Shown: positions 10,808-20,396 of the stretch, in pieces
Layout: every line of letters begins with the position of its first letter
Position numbering within the stretch: position 1 is the first letter of the stretch
Virus record (IMG/VR): IMGVR_UViG_3300033068_001142
Span: 112,262-176,261 of that record
Length of the DNA: 64,000 nt
Direction: 5' to 3' (one strand)
DNA from: a virus
Lineage: Duplodnaviria; Heunggongvirae; Uroviricota; Caudoviricetes
Program-made: the position numbers and the translations under genes
The notes under the pieces: generated by a model
The model's input: only the letters and a program-made list of their open reading frames with translations
Told to the model about the DNA's origin: nothing
Databases searched by the model: none

Positions 10808-11239
10808 ATGGGAAATAGTATTCTAAACAAGAATAATATAGATGTTACTGATTTAAAAAATATGGGGTATACTGGTAATCTTGACAGTTTTACAGATCAG
10901 TCTATGGTAGATAACTTAAGCATGATGCAACCTAAACAGAGTATTAATAGCTACACAGAATATGCAAACTCTCCAGGTATGTTTGGATTGAGCAATGGAG
11001 CATGGAATAACATGGGACAATTGAGTGGATTAGCTGGTACTGCATTTAATGTGTATGATAACTTGTTTGGTAATAAAGCTGATATGTATAAAACACAAAT
11101 GAGTGCTATGAAGCAGAATATGGCTAATATTGATGAAGATAGAGCTAATCGTAAAGCATTTGTTGGTAACATTGGTAGTGGATTTAATAAAGCATTAGGT
11201 AGTGGATTAGCTGCATCTGGTTCTACTGTAAAATTATAA
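10808..11239 (+). CDS. Small putative ejection/internal virion protein
   Basis: 143 aa, Gly/Asn/Met-rich, no Cys; RBS AGGAG. Confidence 0.4.
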   Translation: MGNSILNKNNIDVTDLKNMGYTGNLDSFTDQSMVDNLSMMQPKQSINSYTEYANSPGMFGLSNGAWNNMGQLSGLAGTAFNVYDNLFGNKADMYKTQMSAMKQNMANIDEDRANRKAFVGNIGSGFNKALGSGLAASGSTVKL

Positions 11240-11247
11240 GGGATAAT

Positions 11248-13395
11248 ATGGCTGGATATAGAACAGAACAAATAAATATTGGGAGTATTGCTGCTCCTGA
11301 TGTTGGTAAAGCATTAATTGATTATGCTGGTCTTACGAATGATTACTATCAACAAGGGCTAAGTAACACTAAAGCTGGAATTGAATTAGCTAGACAACAA
11401 GTTGCTGATCAAAGATCTGCTGAGTTGTTTAATAGACAAACTAATGAGTATAATAGAGAGGTTGGTCTAAGAAAAGCTAAGCAAGATATTACTAAAGATT
11501 TCATGAACAATCAATCTGCGTATGGTGGACAACCACTACATGATAGATTAAATGATGCAATTAACGCTGAATCACAAAGAAGACTGAGTACTCCAGAGGT
11601 TGGTGAATTAGATGCATTAGTTGCTAGACAAGATAAAGGTGAGACATTAACACCTCAAGAATTAGCTAGAAAAGATGAAATTGCTAAAAAAATTACATTC
11701 AGCCCAGAGGAATCAACTAGGTTACAAAAAGAATCTGAGAGCATAGTTCCATTTCAAGAAGATGCAAAAGCAATGCTTGCTGCTAAATATGCAGCTGCTG
11801 GTATTGATAATGCTCATGCGTTAGCTGCAGATGCTACTGGTGGACTAATTAGTAGAGCTGCGTTGCAAGAACAAGCTGATAAGAATAGGGAAGTTAATCA
11901 AAAGTATTATGATGAGTTACTGAAAGCTAGAAGAGAATATGGTAAAGATTTAATTGAAGTAGATAAGGTTAATGCTAAAGCTGAAAATGATAAAGCTGAG
12001 AAAGTATTTGAGATGCTTAAAACAGTATATGGTATTGGTGGAGGTACGGGTTCTGGTAGTTCAGGTGGTGGAATTGGTGGAGTAACATTAGCTGATGCAC
12101 AGAAGGCAGTCGAAGGATTAGATCTTGGATGGTCAGATACTGGAGACGCCTACAAATTACTTAACAAAGGAATTGCTGAAGGATTAACTCCTGGTCAAAC
12201 ACTAAAAGCAATAAAAAATGCTAGAGATGTTGGAGTTACAGCTGGAATTTCAGCTAGTAAAATAGATGAAAAATTGTTTGATGCTCAAATAGAGAATGCT
12301 AAAAAGTTTGGTATTCCTGGTCAAGCTGGATATGATGTTACTAAAATAAGTAATAGATTGAATGAAGCTGATTATGCTCCTACATACATTCCTAGAGAAA
12401 GAGTTGGGTATGATACTAAAGAAATGGATGCAAGAATTGCTAGGAATTTGCCGTTCTTACACGCTGGGCAGCCTGAAGTACCAACTAAGGGTGGAGTTGA
12501 AAGAAATATAGTTACTAGAATGCCAGATAGTTTAGTAAAATCTGAAGGTGTAAAAACTAACCCATATGATGATGGTAAAGGTAATATTACAGTTGGAGTT
12601 GGGTATAATATGAGTGGTAAGTCTCGATCAGAGATTGAAGCAGACTTCAAAGATGCAAACATTCCAGTTGATAAAATTGATAAATTACTAAAAAGAGATG
12701 GGACACAACTAACTACTAAAGAAGTTAGTGACTTAGCTAATGTATCATATGATAAGTACGGTGTAAAAAAACTAGCAAATATAGGGATTGATATCTCAAA
12801 ACTTAACCCAGCACTGGCTGAAATAGGGGTATCACAAGCGTTTAGAGGTGATATTGTAAAAAATGGTGAAGGGTACAGAGGTAAATTATATAACTACTTA
12901 AAAGATAATGACTTAGCTGGGATGGTTGACTATATCCAGAATAATAATGTTCCTAAAGAAGTAAAGACACGTTTAAACAATGTGATCGGTATTGGAAAAG
13001 CTGGAGCAGAAGGTCCTATAGGAGAAGAACAATATAAGTACAATAAAAGTAGATTGGATAAGTTACTAGTTACAGATAATAAAGCTGAATTAGATAAATT
13101 GTTAGCTTCACACCCAGCACCTACTAAAGATGTGTTAGATAGAGTAACGGAATTAAGTGCACCTCAGAATGTAGTCACCCCAGGCGAACAAATTAAAACA
13201 TCAATGAGAACATCAGGATTAGGACCAATGTCTGAATCATCAAAACAACAATGGAATGTTATAAGTAATATTCTAAAATCATCAACTAAAATTCCAAGAG
13301 ATGTCTTAGTTGATGTATATAATAAATACCAAGAGAATATTGGTATGCCATTCGCAGAGTTTGTTAAACAATACACTCCAGGCGGAAACAGGTAA
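11248..13395 (+). CDS. Internal virion protein with phage-lysozyme-like domain
   Basis: 715 aa; LVKSEGVKTNPYDDGKGNITVGVGYNM resembles the E-x8-D-x5-T catalytic region of T4-type lysozymes. Confidence 0.55.
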   Translation: MAGYRTEQINIGSIAAPDVGKALIDYAGLTNDYYQQGLSNTKAGIELARQQVADQRSAELFNRQTNEYNREVGLRKAKQDITKDFMNNQSAYGGQPLHDRLNDAINAESQRRLSTPEVGELDALVARQDKGETLTPQELARKDEIAKKITFSPEESTRLQKESESIVPFQEDAKAMLAAKYAAAGIDNAHALAADATGGLISRAALQEQADKNREVNQKYYDELLKARREYGKDLIEVDKVNAKAENDKAEKVFEMLKTVYGIGGGTGSGSSGGGIGGVTLADAQKAVEGLDLGWSDTGDAYKLLNKGIAEGLTPGQTLKAIKNARDVGVTAGISASKIDEKLFDAQIENAKKFGIPGQAGYDVTKISNRLNEADYAPTYIPRERVGYDTKEMDARIARNLPFLHAGQPEVPTKGGVERNIVTRMPDSLVKSEGVKTNPYDDGKGNITVGVGYNMSGKSRSEIEADFKDANIPVDKIDKLLKRDGTQLTTKEVSDLANVSYDKYGVKKLANIGIDISKLNPALAEIGVSQAFRGDIVKNGEGYRGKLYNYLKDNDLAGMVDYIQNNNVPKEVKTRLNNVIGIGKAGAEGPIGEEQYKYNKSRLDKLLVTDNKAELDKLLASHPAPTKDVLDRVTELSAPQNVVTPGEQIKTSMRTSGLGPMSESSKQQWNVISNILKSSTKIPRDVLVDVYNKYQENIGMPFAEFVKQYTPGGNR

Positions 13396-13407
13396 ACTTC
13401 AACATAA

Positions 13408-13451
13408 CTTAAGTGTAAAGATAGTATAATATATCAAAATTTACACTTAAG
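13408..13451 (+). promoter_or_regulatory. Promoter TTAAGT-N10-TATAAT inside a 12-bp perfect inverted repeat that covers part of the vRNAP RBS
   Basis: CTTAAGTGTAAA (13408-13419) / TTTACACTTAAG (13440-13451); TATAAT at 13425-13430; the right arm overlaps TAAGGA. Confidence 0.6.
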
Positions 13452-13459
13452 GACTACTA

Positions 13460-16400
13460 ATGCCATTTATAGATAACATGGTAACAAGCTACTCAGAGCT
13501 ACCTGAAAACTTACAAGTAAAAGGGCTAGGATTAGCTTCTTCAACAAATACACAAAATAAAATAAATAATTTAAATACTAAAGTACAAGATAAAATTAAT
13601 AACTTAAATCAAACTAGAGGACAAATAATTGCTCAAAATATTGATGCAATGGATAAATCTGGATATGAGTTAAGAATGTTACAAGAGATCCCAGATGGAG
13701 ATAGCCCATTATTAGTTGGGGATACTGAAGGAAGAAGGCTTGGAGGAGATCCAACAATCCCAAAAGATCCAGCAGGCTGGGTAGACGCTCCTGAAGTGTA
13801 TCATGGTAAATTTAGTGAAACTCCTAAAGAACAAGCAAGAATTGAAAGACAAAGACAACAGTATGGATTATCATCTACAGATGAGGTTTTCACTGATGGA
13901 GAAAAAGTTAGATTAGAAACATTATATAACTTAATTGGAAGACCAATTGGTCCAGATGGTAAAGAATGGACTCCAGGCCCAATAGAAAAAGGTTCTCACA
14001 TATGGTTAGGTGATAAAAATAACCCATTAAATATTCCAGTAATGGTAAATGAAAGAGGTGATTTTGCTAACGGAAGACCAGTAAGTTACTTAATGGATGA
14101 AAATGGGAAGATAAATCAAAGTTCTCAATTAGCAAGAGCTGGGTACTTATCTCAACCAACTACGAATAATAAAGTTAGTACTGGAAGTAGTACATACGCT
14201 AAAGCAATGGCTGATAAGGTTGCTGAAGAGAATGAAAATACGTATGTTGGAAATTTAGTTGATGCAACTCAAGCTGGTCTAGGAACATTCGCAGCTAGAA
14301 CAGCAGATACAGCTGTTGATGCATTAATTAGAGGAGCTAAAAGTGTAACTACTAACGAAGCAGTTAATAAATTTATTGAAGGCGAGTACGTTAAAAATGG
14401 TGACTTTATAGGTGCTGATAAATATAAAGAAACTAAAGAGTATGGATTTGATGATAAAAATATAGTAGATGCTCAAAATAAAATAAGTAAGGCGCTAGAA
14501 ACTAAGAGTTTTATGGATACAGTAAAAGCGGTTGGAGCTATAGCTAAAGCTGGACCGGAAGTATTACTAACTAGTTCTGGAGATATGGCAGCTGCGTTTG
14601 CTGGACCTGCAGGGTGGTTAGTATGGGCTGGAAATTTTAATAATGAAATACTAGAGGAAAGAGCAAAGGAAGTTGGAGGAGTAGATAACTTACAAGCTAA
14701 TGATAGATTGATAGCTGGTGCTACTGCTATTCCTGCAGCGATGTTAAACCAATTTACTAAAGGGAATGTAGGACTGACAGAAGTTACTGGAGCGATTAAA
14801 GAAGCTGTTGGTAAAGGTGGTTTAGAAGTTGCTAAGCAATTAGGTAAAAAGATTGCAATTGGTGCAGTAGGTGAGGCTGCAGAAGAAGCAACACAAGAAG
14901 CATTAGTTGAAATCGGTAAGAAATTAGAAACTGCAAACCAAAAAGATATTGGTAGTGATAAATTCTGGGAACAAGTAATTACTGCTGGAGCCTTAGCTGC
15001 TGGAGCTGGTGGAACTATGAGTACATTAGCAGGTGGTAAAGAACTACTAGAAAGTACTAAAAGTAATGTAAGCCTAGAAAATCCTCCTAAAGATACTCCT
15101 AAAGGTAAACCAGAAGTGTCTGATGAAGGATATACTGGATTAACTGAAGATGAGAAAATAAACCTGAGAGAATCAATTGATAACTTCGTAACTAATACTG
15201 AAAGTACAATTGTACCACTACATGAGAAAATTAGTACTATCAGAGATATGGAAGAGAAAGTTCTTAGATTAGATGATAGAGAACCTAACAAAGAGAAATT
15301 GAATGCGCTTATCAAGCATACTAAAGATGAAATAGTTAGAGGATTAGAGAGTGCTGATGATATTGATGAGTTTACGAGAGTACTTGGATCTAAGCAAGGA
15401 TTCTTAGATTTATTAGAAGATGTAGTTGAAACTACTAATAATAATTTCTCAGAACCACTAAGAATTAACTTAGAAAAGATTGCAGGAAGTTTTGGAATAA
15501 ACTCAGAGGACTTCAGTAGAATTAGAAAAGATATGGGTGAAGTTGAGATAGAAGCTACTAAGAGTGCTAGAGGGTACCTAACTCAAGGTAAGGCGTTAAG
15601 AAGTATTCTAGGAGCAGTAGAACCTGATACAGCAAAAGCTGAAGAGTTATTGAAAAGAATGCAAGGGTTTGAAGCATCACAACATAAATGGGTTGATAAA
15701 TATGATGCTGCAGTTAAAGACTTCCAAAAACAGATTGCAGAGTATAATGCAGATGTTAAGAAAGGATTAGGTAATATAGCATCAGAACCTGCTAAGTACC
15801 CATTCACGATTAGTAAGAACTCAAAGTTTGAGTTAAATGCTATTAAGTTAGATGATGGAACGTATGTGTTTAATAATGCGTCGGATAAGATTAGAGATAG
15901 AAAAGTACAGAATATTACTGGTATTAAACAAGAATTAGAGAAATCTAAAGAGTTACTGCAAAAAGCTAAGGTTGATCCTAGTAAAACTGGTGTACAATAT
16001 TCTCCAATAATTGACCCAGATTCGGTTAGTGATAATGCTATTAAAAAAGCAGTAACTAAAACAAAAAGAATGTTTGATGCATTCAAAGTTTCAGGAATCA
16101 TAACATCTGAGATTACGAGTACTAGAAATAAAGCTATTGTAAATGGTAATGAACAAATAGTTAATAGAAAAGAGTATAATAAAGATGATACGGTGGCAGT
16201 TATGTTACCAGTAGTTAGAACACAAGCTGATTTTGATAAGGCTAGAAAAGAGATAGTAAGACAAGATAGTCAATTAAAAAAATTAATTAAAGCTGCACAA
16301 GAAGCTGGAGCTACTATCATTCTAGATCCTGCGTTAAGAGAAACTAAAACTAAAAAGTTACCTAAGTTTAAAGTTACTAGTACAGTTGATGGTAAGAAAG

Positions 16401-19400
16401 TTACTAAAGAAATGTCGATTAGAGATGTATTAGCTGAACAATTAACTAGGTATAGTGGTAAAGGTTTAGAGTATAAATCACATATGGGAACATCACCTAA
16501 TGTGTTTAAACCTGCAAGTGTTGTTGAAGAAGAAAGTAAAAGTAGAAAACAAAATAAGTTAGAGAAAGATAAATTAGAATTAATTAAAGAAGGTATTAGA
16601 AATAATGCTTATAATAAGTTCCTAGCTGGTAAAGAGATAGTAATGACTGAAGGCTTAATTGAGACATTCAAAACTAAAGACCGATTAGATAATTACTTGA
16701 ATAATAGAAAAGAAAAAGAAATTGAAGAATATAAAAAGAATGTTAAAGAGTATAATAGACTAGAAAGAAAAGTAAATAGTGTCTTAGAAGAGGCTGAAAC
16801 AGCTCAAGATATAATTACTTCGAATAGAATGATTGAAGCAGCAGACGACTTAATAGGTAAAATGAATAAACTTAGTGATAGACTAAAAGAATTAAGTGGT
16901 GTTAAAGAGTTTGCTCAGGAAGAGATTGAAGTAGAAGAAGAGATTGCTGAGAATAGTAAGAACATATTAGCTGAGTATAAAGAATTGAAAGAATTACTTA
17001 GTTCTGGTGACTTCACAGAGGAGGAAGCTAAGCAAGAACTAAAAGAGTTAGAAGATAGAATGCCTCAAAATGTTGTTAGTAATATACTAGATAATAGCTA
17101 CTCAAAAGGTGCAGAACCAATAGTAATTGAATCAAAAACTAGTAAACAAAATAAGACTACTGGAGAAACTGAAGTAACAACTAGTAGTAAGAAGTATTTC
17201 CTAGATATTAATGATATTGTAGAAAAGAAGAAGATTACTTCATTAGATATGGTGGAAGTTAATGATATGTTTGATAATTTGCAAACTAAAGATTACTTCA
17301 GTCCGCTAAGTTCTAAAGAGTATATCGAGGAAGCTAGAAGAGTATTAGATGAGAAGATAACTAAAGTTAGCAAGCGAAGTAAGAATTTTACTGTTGACCA
17401 ATTAACAATGAAAAATTCACCAGCATATAGTTTGCTGTTTAATAAAGATGGTGGTATTAATGATACTACTGTTATGGCTGTCAAGCTAGCATTAGATGAG
17501 TATATTACATATAAGAGTAAGAACTTGTCACCGTTCTATAAAACTAAGGGTGAAGTGGCTCAAATGAATGGGGTATTAGAGCATCAAGTTAGTCATGAAC
17601 AATATGAGTTGTTGAAAGATAAGGGAGTATTCCAAAAGACTTTCAACGATGAAGTTGGTAAAGCAATCATGAGTAAATTAGGTTTTGGTAAAAAGAATGG
17701 TGTTGAAGATGAGGTGTATAATAGATTAGTTGCTGAGATGGGACAACTAGCTAGAATAGTAGGAGTTGAGTTAGATATATTAGTTGAAGATGAAGTATTG
17801 GCAGCTGATTACGCTGAAGTTGCAACTAAGAAGAAAAAAAGTGGTAGTCCTGAGAAGAGTATTTCAAAAGATATTAAAATAGGATTTGTTAAATTAAATG
17901 TAAATGAAAATGGTGAACTTCCTACAGAAATATTAAATGTAATAAGAGATGATTATAAAGCAGTTCATGATATCATCAGTGATGAGTCTGTGTTCAGAAA
18001 AGAACCTAAGTTCTTACCAATAGGTAAAAAGAATAGAAGATACGTTAGAGAGCAAGTTGCTAAAGATATAGCAGGAGCTAAAATTCCTAAGGGTATTAAT
18101 GAGTTTGTAGGTGCTGAGAAAGCGATAGATAACTTGATTGATATAGAATGGAAAATAAATGATGAATTATTAGATGGAGTATCTAATATGGATCAAGATG
18201 TTCTTAAGAAATGGATGGGATATAAATCTAAAGAAGATATGGAGAGTATGTCATTTGAGGCAAGAGAAGCTGCTGTATCATCAAATAGAGATATAGAGAG
18301 TAACCTTCAAGAGTTGCTTAACTTAAGAGAAGATGCTCACAGAACATTATGGTTTGATTGGTTCTACACATCAAATGGAAGATATATGATGGATAGTAAT
18401 ACGGTTAATCCACAAACTGAGAAACAGTTACACAGATGGTTAATTACACCGAGTAGTCATAAAATAGAATATAATAGAACTAATACAGGAAGCTTCATAG
18501 ACTCAAAAGGTAAAAAATTAGATGCAGAAGTTAAGTATGCAATTGCTCAATCAATGGGATTTGCAGTAGATAAAAAGTCTACGAATAAGATTAATGAGTT
18601 AGCTGATAAATTACTAGAGATGTCTGCAGAAGAATTAGCTGAAATAAAACATACTGTCTTAGTTGAAGGTAAACATTATGAGAAAAATGGTGTTAAAATA
18701 GAACCAGAACATATTGGACACTTCTTACAAGGGATGGATTTCCTAGAGAAAGCACTGACTGGAAACAAGTTTAGTAGTTCATTAAGTGCAGAATTTGATG
18801 CGGTAACAAGTGGACTAGGAATTAAGATGCTTCAGATGCCAATACTAAGAAGTTTAGATAAAGATAAATTGAGAGCTCCTAATGGTACAGTATGGTACTG
18901 GTTGAATAAGGTTGGTGTGTTTAAACCTGAACAATTAAACGGTATTAATAGTATGAATGATGTACTAGATTCAGTAGGGTTTTATGGGGATGATAAGAAG
19001 TTCTACGATAGTTATCAATCACTAGCTGTTGATACTAAGATAGATTCGAGGGATATTAAAGCTAATGCAGAAAAATCAATATACAAGAATGTACAGCTTG
19101 GTAATATTAAGGAAGTATACGATAGTATTGAGAAAGTATTACCTAAACTGGATGAAGATGGTTCAGTTAGTAGTGCATTAAGAACATTGTTTAAAGATCC
19201 GTTCATGACGTTTAACTACTCAGCAGGATTAAGGTCAATTAGAGGTTCGTTAGCTAGAAATATGGTTGGAAAGTTATTGAATGAAGTTGCTAAAGCTAAT
19301 TCAGATTACAAAGAAGTTGCTGAGTTCTTAGCTAAACAAGTTAGAGTTGATGGAGCAAAAATAGACGTTAATCAATTAGTTGAAATGTTAAGAACTGAGA

Positions 19401-20392
19401 AAGCGTCAAGTATTATGATTGGTGATGTTAGTCTTGAGGATGTATTATTGAAGACCGTTGATAGTTCGTATGGAGCTAAAGTAGAAGAAATTATGAAGAA
19501 TAATTTCGGAGAATTCATGGCAGCTCACGAGAATATTAATAGTGCATTCAAAGTAATGTTTAGTGTATTTAATAATAAGTATAAAAAAGCAATTAGTGAA
19601 GTTCCAAGTGGTGAACTAACTAATAAGAAGAAGTTAGAAATAATTGAAGACTTAAGAAAGTACTTCCCAGTAATTAAGGGTCCGTTATCGGTAGAATTAA
19701 ATGAAGGTGTTCATGTTTACGCTACAAAGACTGCTGAGCCTAAAGACGAAAGTGTTAGACAAGATCCTGCACAAACATATATAACTGATAGTGAATATGA
19801 GAGTGTTAAAGCTAACTACATGATTAAAATGTTTGAAGAAGCAATGAATGCTGGATCAGTAATTCCAGTGCATTATATTGATGCTGCGATGATGGCACAA
19901 TTAACTAAAGGGAAAGATATTACTGCGATTCATGATGCGATTATCCCACCGCTTAATAAAGCTAAAGATAGAATCAAAGAGTATAATAAAGCAATGGTAG
20001 AAATTGGTAGAAGTTATAGTATGATTGAAGCTATGAATGATATGCTAAATAGAGTAGAACTGACTCCTGAAGAGATTAAAGAACTAAATGCAACAAAGAT
20101 TAATGTTAAAATGGAAGATGGCGAGTATAAAGACATTGGACTTGGTAACAATTTTAATAGAGTTAAAAAAGAGTTTGGTAAAACTGCGAAGCTTGTTAGA
20201 GAAGGTAGAGAGAAGTTATTTGAAGAGTTTGATAATGATGGAGTTGTGATTGGTCATATGGCTGGAATGCCTGATACAATGTGGAGTAATGAGGTTACAC
20301 TTAAAGAAGAACATAAGGGAAACATAGATATAATAACACCATCAGAAGTATTCGAAAAGAATATAAACAAAATAATAGAATGTAAGGAATAA
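13460..20392 (+). CDS. Virion-encapsidated RNA polymerase (N4 vRNAP-like), N-terminal and catalytic part
   Basis: T7/N4-type single-subunit RNAP motifs: A (EFDAVTSG), B (RTLFKDPFMTFNYSAG), C (IHDA); also NGRYMM; 2310 aa. Confidence 0.9.
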   Translation: MPFIDNMVTSYSELPENLQVKGLGLASSTNTQNKINNLNTKVQDKINNLNQTRGQIIAQNIDAMDKSGYELRMLQEIPDGDSPLLVGDTEGRRLGGDPTIPKDPAGWVDAPEVYHGKFSETPKEQARIERQRQQYGLSSTDEVFTDGEKVRLETLYNLIGRPIGPDGKEWTPGPIEKGSHIWLGDKNNPLNIPVMVNERGDFANGRPVSYLMDENGKINQSSQLARAGYLSQPTTNNKVSTGSSTYAKAMADKVAEENENTYVGNLVDATQAGLGTFAARTADTAVDALIRGAKSVTTNEAVNKFIEGEYVKNGDFIGADKYKETKEYGFDDKNIVDAQNKISKALETKSFMDTVKAVGAIAKAGPEVLLTSSGDMAAAFAGPAGWLVWAGNFNNEILEERAKEVGGVDNLQANDRLIAGATAIPAAMLNQFTKGNVGLTEVTGAIKEAVGKGGLEVAKQLGKKIAIGAVGEAAEEATQEALVEIGKKLETANQKDIGSDKFWEQVITAGALAAGAGGTMSTLAGGKELLESTKSNVSLENPPKDTPKGKPEVSDEGYTGLTEDEKINLRESIDNFVTNTESTIVPLHEKISTIRDMEEKVLRLDDREPNKEKLNALIKHTKDEIVRGLESADDIDEFTRVLGSKQGFLDLLEDVVETTNNNFSEPLRINLEKIAGSFGINSEDFSRIRKDMGEVEIEATKSARGYLTQGKALRSILGAVEPDTAKAEELLKRMQGFEASQHKWVDKYDAAVKDFQKQIAEYNADVKKGLGNIASEPAKYPFTISKNSKFELNAIKLDDGTYVFNNASDKIRDRKVQNITGIKQELEKSKELLQKAKVDPSKTGVQYSPIIDPDSVSDNAIKKAVTKTKRMFDAFKVSGIITSEITSTRNKAIVNGNEQIVNRKEYNKDDTVAVMLPVVRTQADFDKARKEIVRQDSQLKKLIKAAQEAGATIILDPALRETKTKKLPKFKVTSTVDGKKVTKEMSIRDVLAEQLTRYSGKGLEYKSHMGTSPNVFKPASVVEEESKSRKQNKLEKDKLELIKEGIRNNAYNKFLAGKEIVMTEGLIETFKTKDRLDNYLNNRKEKEIEEYKKNVKEYNRLERKVNSVLEEAETAQDIITSNRMIEAADDLIGKMNKLSDRLKELSGVKEFAQEEIEVEEEIAENSKNILAEYKELKELLSSGDFTEEEAKQELKELEDRMPQNVVSNILDNSYSKGAEPIVIESKTSKQNKTTGETEVTTSSKKYFLDINDIVEKKKITSLDMVEVNDMFDNLQTKDYFSPLSSKEYIEEARRVLDEKITKVSKRSKNFTVDQLTMKNSPAYSLLFNKDGGINDTTVMAVKLALDEYITYKSKNLSPFYKTKGEVAQMNGVLEHQVSHEQYELLKDKGVFQKTFNDEVGKAIMSKLGFGKKNGVEDEVYNRLVAEMGQLARIVGVELDILVEDEVLAADYAEVATKKKKSGSPEKSISKDIKIGFVKLNVNENGELPTEILNVIRDDYKAVHDIISDESVFRKEPKFLPIGKKNRRYVREQVAKDIAGAKIPKGINEFVGAEKAIDNLIDIEWKINDELLDGVSNMDQDVLKKWMGYKSKEDMESMSFEAREAAVSSNRDIESNLQELLNLREDAHRTLWFDWFYTSNGRYMMDSNTVNPQTEKQLHRWLITPSSHKIEYNRTNTGSFIDSKGKKLDAEVKYAIAQSMGFAVDKKSTNKINELADKLLEMSAEELAEIKHTVLVEGKHYEKNGVKIEPEHIGHFLQGMDFLEKALTGNKFSSSLSAEFDAVTSGLGIKMLQMPILRSLDKDKLRAPNGTVWYWLNKVGVFKPEQLNGINSMNDVLDSVGFYGDDKKFYDSYQSLAVDTKIDSRDIKANAEKSIYKNVQLGNIKEVYDSIEKVLPKLDEDGSVSSALRTLFKDPFMTFNYSAGLRSIRGSLARNMVGKLLNEVAKANSDYKEVAEFLAKQVRVDGAKIDVNQLVEMLRTEKASSIMIGDVSLEDVLLKTVDSSYGAKVEEIMKNNFGEFMAAHENINSAFKVMFSVFNNKYKKAISEVPSGELTNKKKLEIIEDLRKYFPVIKGPLSVELNEGVHVYATKTAEPKDESVRQDPAQTYITDSEYESVKANYMIKMFEEAMNAGSVIPVHYIDAAMMAQLTKGKDITAIHDAIIPPLNKAKDRIKEYNKAMVEIGRSYSMIEAMNDMLNRVELTPEEIKELNATKINVKMEDGEYKDIGLGNNFNRVKKEFGKTAKLVREGREKLFEEFDNDGVVIGHMAGMPDTMWSNEVTLKEEHKGNIDIITPSEVFEKNINKIIECKE

Positions 20393-20396
20393 GTAA

